Source: Desulfomicrobium sp.
Lineage (GTDB): Bacteria; Desulfobacterota; Desulfovibrionia; Desulfovibrionales; Desulfomicrobiaceae
Direction: 5' to 3'
Assembly (NCBI GenBank): GCA_040768745.1
Contig: JAXGMI010000002.1
Coordinates: 448,001 to 512,000, forward strand
DNA length: 64,000 nt
Numbering within the stretch: the first letter of the stretch is position 1; each line of letters begins with the position of its first letter. Of this stretch, positions 59,636 to 64,000 are shown in pieces. Under the pieces are notes generated by a model. That model ran no database searches. It was not told where the DNA came from and saw only the letters and a program-made list of their open reading frames with translations. The translations under genes were made by a program, and so were the position numbers.

Positions 59636-59885
59636 CACATACAACTATCTGAAGATACAGAAAATTTATTCTGACTTTTCTGGAGATGACAGTCTTGATG
59701 TCTTTATTCCTGTAAAAAACCAAAACTCTTTCCTGCCAATGGCAAAAGAATAGGCTTCGCAAGATCCTTGGACCGGTACTCCCGAGCCTTGGACATGCGA
59801 GCTGCATTCCCAACCCTCCCCGCTTTGACCACACGCAGGCCAAACACCCCCAGAACTAACGCATTGACCAGCAAGACTTCCATGA

Positions 59886-61079
<1,194 letters not shown>

Positions 61080-61083
61080 ACCC

Positions 61084-62091
61084 ATGAACGAGAATCGTCG
61101 CACGCGCGCATGGGCTGTCATGGCAGCAGCAGCCCTTCTTTCCATCTATGTGGCCCTGTTTTTCGGGTCATATCCGCTGACGGCCGGGGCCATCCACGAG
61201 GCCCTTGCCTCCTGGTTTCATGGCGGCGCGGACACGCAAGCCATGGTCATCGTCCGCGACATACGCCTGGGACGCGTTCTGCTCTCCTTCCTGACCGGTT
61301 CGGCCCTGGCCGTTTCCGGCGCGGTTTTCCAGGGACTGCTGCGCAACCCCTTGGCCGACCCCTTCACCCTCGGCATCTCCAGTGGAGCCGCCTGCGCAGC
61401 TGCCCTGGCCCTGGCCCTGGGCTGGACTCTGCCCGGTCTTTCCACCCTCCCTCTCGTCGCCCTGACCGGAGCCTTCGCGGCCATGTTCATGGTCCTGGCC
61501 CTCAGCAGACTGGCCGGGGGTTTTTCCCGCGAAAACCTGGTCTTGGCAGGGATTGTGGTCTCCACCTTTCTGGGAGCCATCATCGCCCTGATCAAATCCC
61601 TGAACGAGGAGTCGGTCTCGGCCATCGTCTTCTGGATCCTGGGAAGCTTCCAGGGCCGCGGATTCGAGCATGTCCAGCTGATGCTCCCCTATCTCGTCCC
61701 GGGCATGGCCCTGGTCCTCGGCTTCGCCCGCGAACTGGACATCCTGGCGTTGGGGGCCGAACAGGCGGTTCAGGTCGGGGTCGCCGTGGCACGGGTCCGC
61801 ATCGCGCTCCTGATCGGAGCAGGCATGCTGACCGCCGCCGCTGTCTGCGTTTCCGGCATCATCGGCTTCGTCGGACTTGTCGTCCCGCACCTGGTCCGCA
61901 TGCTCATGGGACCGGAATCCCGGCCCATGCTCCTCTTCTCGGCCCTCGGAGGAGGGGTCCTGCTGCTGTGGTCCGACGTCATGGCCCGAACCATCCTGCA
62001 TCACGGCGCGGAGCTACCCGTGGGGGTGGTCACGGCACTTTTCGGGGCCCCCTTCTTCTGCCTGATCATGGCGCGGGGGCGCCGGACATGA
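61084..62091 (+). CDS. FecCD/BtuC-family ABC permease
   Basis: LRNPLADP, IIGFVGLVVPH, ELPVG. Confidence 0.92.
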   Translation: MNENRRTRAWAVMAAAALLSIYVALFFGSYPLTAGAIHEALASWFHGGADTQAMVIVRDIRLGRVLLSFLTGSALAVSGAVFQGLLRNPLADPFTLGISSGAACAAALALALGWTLPGLSTLPLVALTGAFAAMFMVLALSRLAGGFSRENLVLAGIVVSTFLGAIIALIKSLNEESVSAIVFWILGSFQGRGFEHVQLMLPYLVPGMALVLGFARELDILALGAEQAVQVGVAVARVRIALLIGAGMLTAAAVCVSGIIGFVGLVVPHLVRMLMGPESRPMLLFSALGGGVLLLWSDVMARTILHHGAELPVGVVTALFGAPFFCLIMARGRRT

Positions 62092-62876
62092 CGATGGGAA
62101 AAATGGTCCACGTAGAGGGGCTCTGCGCCGGATACGACGGACAACAGGTGTTGCACGACCTGACTCTGAACGTGTCCCGGGGCGAATTCATGGCCATCCT
62201 CGGACCCAACGGAAGCGGCAAGACCACTCTCCTCCGCGCCCTGTCGGGCGTGCTTTCCTCGGTCAAAGGCAGCATCCACATCGCAGACCAGGACACTTGC
62301 CGTCTGTCGGCCAGAGGCCGGGCCAGACTCTGCGCCACGGTGGCCCAGAAAAACCCCGACCTGTCCGCATTGCAGGTCCTGTCCCTGGTGCTCATGGGCC
62401 GCTATCCGCACATCGCCTTCCTGGGCGGCTACTCCGATGCGGACCATGACTGCGCCAGGCGAGCCATGCAGGAAACGAGCTCCCTGCACCTGAGGAGCAG
62501 ACATGCCGGCACCCTGTCCGGGGGTGAACTGCAGAGGGTCATCATGGCCAAGGCCCTGGCCCAGGACACGGAGCTGCTGCTTCTGGACGAGGCGGCATCC
62601 AACCTGGACGTGGCCAGGACCGTGGACCTCTACGAGCTGCTGCGGGCCCGAAACCTCAATGGTCTGACCATCCTGACCGTTGCCCACGACCTGAACCTGG
62701 CCGCCCTCTATTGCCGACGGCTCGTCTTTTTGAAAGGGGGCCGGATCGTGGCCGACGGCCCGACCCAAGAAATTTTTACGTCCCATCTCCTGAGCGATAT
62801 CTATGAAACACCCATTGCCGTGGTTCCGCACCCCATCACCGGGGCTCCTCAGGCTCATCTGCTGCCTCGTGCTTGA
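62088..62876 (+). CDS. ABC ATPase (BtuD/FepC-like)
   Basis: GPNGSGKT, LSGGELQR, LLLDE, HDLNLA. Confidence 0.92.
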   Translation: MTMGKMVHVEGLCAGYDGQQVLHDLTLNVSRGEFMAILGPNGSGKTTLLRALSGVLSSVKGSIHIADQDTCRLSARGRARLCATVAQKNPDLSALQVLSLVLMGRYPHIAFLGGYSDADHDCARRAMQETSSLHLRSRHAGTLSGGELQRVIMAKALAQDTELLLLDEAASNLDVARTVDLYELLRARNLNGLTILTVAHDLNLAALYCRRLVFLKGGRIVADGPTQEIFTSHLLSDIYETPIAVVPHPITGAPQAHLLPRA

Positions 62877-63732
62877 GCTCTGCCTGCTCGGTCTGCCGGC
62901 TGGGGCCGAAGTGGCAGTGACCGACGACCAGGGCAGGATGGTCCGCCTGCACCAACCCGCCGGCCGGATCATCGCCTTGTACGGCGCGTTCAATGAAATT
63001 CTGGCCGACCTGGGACAGGCGGAGCTGATCGTGGCCCGCACCGCGGCGGACGAACTTCCGGCGTCCATCCTCTGCAAGCCATCCATCGGCACACATCTGC
63101 GCCCCAATGCGGAGTTGATCCTGGCCCTGCGGCCTGATCTGGTCCTGCAGCTCGGTGGCCGCAGCGAAGCCATGGAGCCGGTGCGGTTTCTTGAAGAGCG
63201 GGGGTTGACCGTGGCTGTCTTTGACATGGAAAATTTCCCCCAGCTTTTCTCCACTATGGAACGCATCGGCACCTTGACTGGATGCGAACACGCAGCCAAG
63301 GAGCAGGTCGCGACCATGCGCGCCGAGTTGGAGCGCATCCGGTCCTCCCGGACCGGAACACGGCCAAGAATTTTTTTCGAGGTCCGCTATCCCAACCTGT
63401 TGGCCGCTGGACAGGAATCCATCGTGTCCGAAATAATGAGCCTGGCAGGAGGAATCAACTGCGTGCAGATCCCGAACAAACTGGTCCGGCTGGGCGAGGA
63501 GGAAGTCCTGCGACTCGACCCGGACATCTACCTCATGCAGCACGGTCCCATGAATCCAATCCCCGTCCCCCTACCGGAACGGCCTTTTTTCCGCACCCTG
63601 TCCAGCCTGCGCGAGGGCCAGTTTTTTGTCGTGGACCAGGGGGTGTTTTCCCGGCCCGGTCCGCGCAGCCTGGAGGCCGTGCGGCAGCTTTCCCGAATCG
63701 TTCACGGGTGGCAGAACAGGAGCAGACCATGA
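62803..63732 (+). CDS. BtuF-like periplasmic binding protein
   Basis: VTDDQGR, PNAELILALRPDLV, SRPGPR; start uncertain. Confidence 0.88.
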   Translation: MKHPLPWFRTPSPGLLRLICCLVLELCLLGLPAGAEVAVTDDQGRMVRLHQPAGRIIALYGAFNEILADLGQAELIVARTAADELPASILCKPSIGTHLRPNAELILALRPDLVLQLGGRSEAMEPVRFLEERGLTVAVFDMENFPQLFSTMERIGTLTGCEHAAKEQVATMRAELERIRSSRTGTRPRIFFEVRYPNLLAAGQESIVSEIMSLAGGINCVQIPNKLVRLGEEEVLRLDPDIYLMQHGPMNPIPVPLPERPFFRTLSSLREGQFFVVDQGVFSRPGPRSLEAVRQLSRIVHGWQNRSRP

Positions 63733-64000
63733 GCGGATGCCTGTATGGAGTCGGGGTGGGCCCGGGCGATCCTGATCTCATCACCCTGAAGGCGATCAAA
63801 ATCCTGGGGTCCGTGGACGTCATCCTGGCCGCGGCGTCCACCAAGAACGAGGACTCCCTGGCCCTGGACATCGCCCGGCCGCACCTCAGACACAATGCCC
63901 GCATCGTCCGCCTGGGCTTCCCCATGTGCCGGGATGCACACACCCTGCAGACCGCCTGGATCCGCAACGCGGAACTGGTCCTGGCCGAACTGCGTAAGGG
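63729..64000 (+). CDS. cbiL: Precorrin-2/cobalt-factor II C20-methyltransferase (partial)
   Basis: Manual translation MSGCLYGVGVGPGDPDLITLKA...FPM; runs off the window. Confidence 0.88.
   Translation, partial: MSGCLYGVGVGPGDPDLITLKAIKILGSVDVILAAASTKNEDSLALDIARPHLRHNARIVRLGFPMCRDAHTLQTAWIRNAELVLAELRK

Overview
GC-rich chromosomal window from an anaerobic sulfate-reducing deltaproteobacterium; gene content and order suggest Desulfovibrionales, probably Desulfomicrobium-like (inference). Core genes: divergent Pat-type acetyltransferase and acs; TetR and an Aas-like fusion; TtuB/TtuA-like tRNA thiolation pair; a UGA-recoded HesB-like selenoprotein that the ORF track misses; tRNA-Val and tRNA-Asp; SufCB/SmsCB; RluD-CoaE fusion; a Rex paralog, EF-G2-like factor and degenerate HisD-like gene; leuACDB; psd-pssA; two glycosyltransferases; sirC-ccsA-hemA-tilS; and a cobalamin riboswitch-led cbiK-ABC-cbiL operon. 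There are two accessory blocks. The first (~8.6-18.4 kb, after the tRNAs) holds S/Se-handling genes and a three-gene cluster of an Lpp/OprI-like lipoprotein between a putative attaching and a putative detaching L,D-transpeptidase-family enzyme. The second (~40-59.6 kb) is an uncharacterised amide-catabolism island: sigma54 activator, TTT and TRAP transporters with duplicated DctP, two YtcJ-like amidohydrolases, an M20 carbamoylase and an orphan binding protein coupled to a histidine kinase. I found no CRISPR array, integrase or transposase. All family calls come from motif recognition by eye; no database searches were run.
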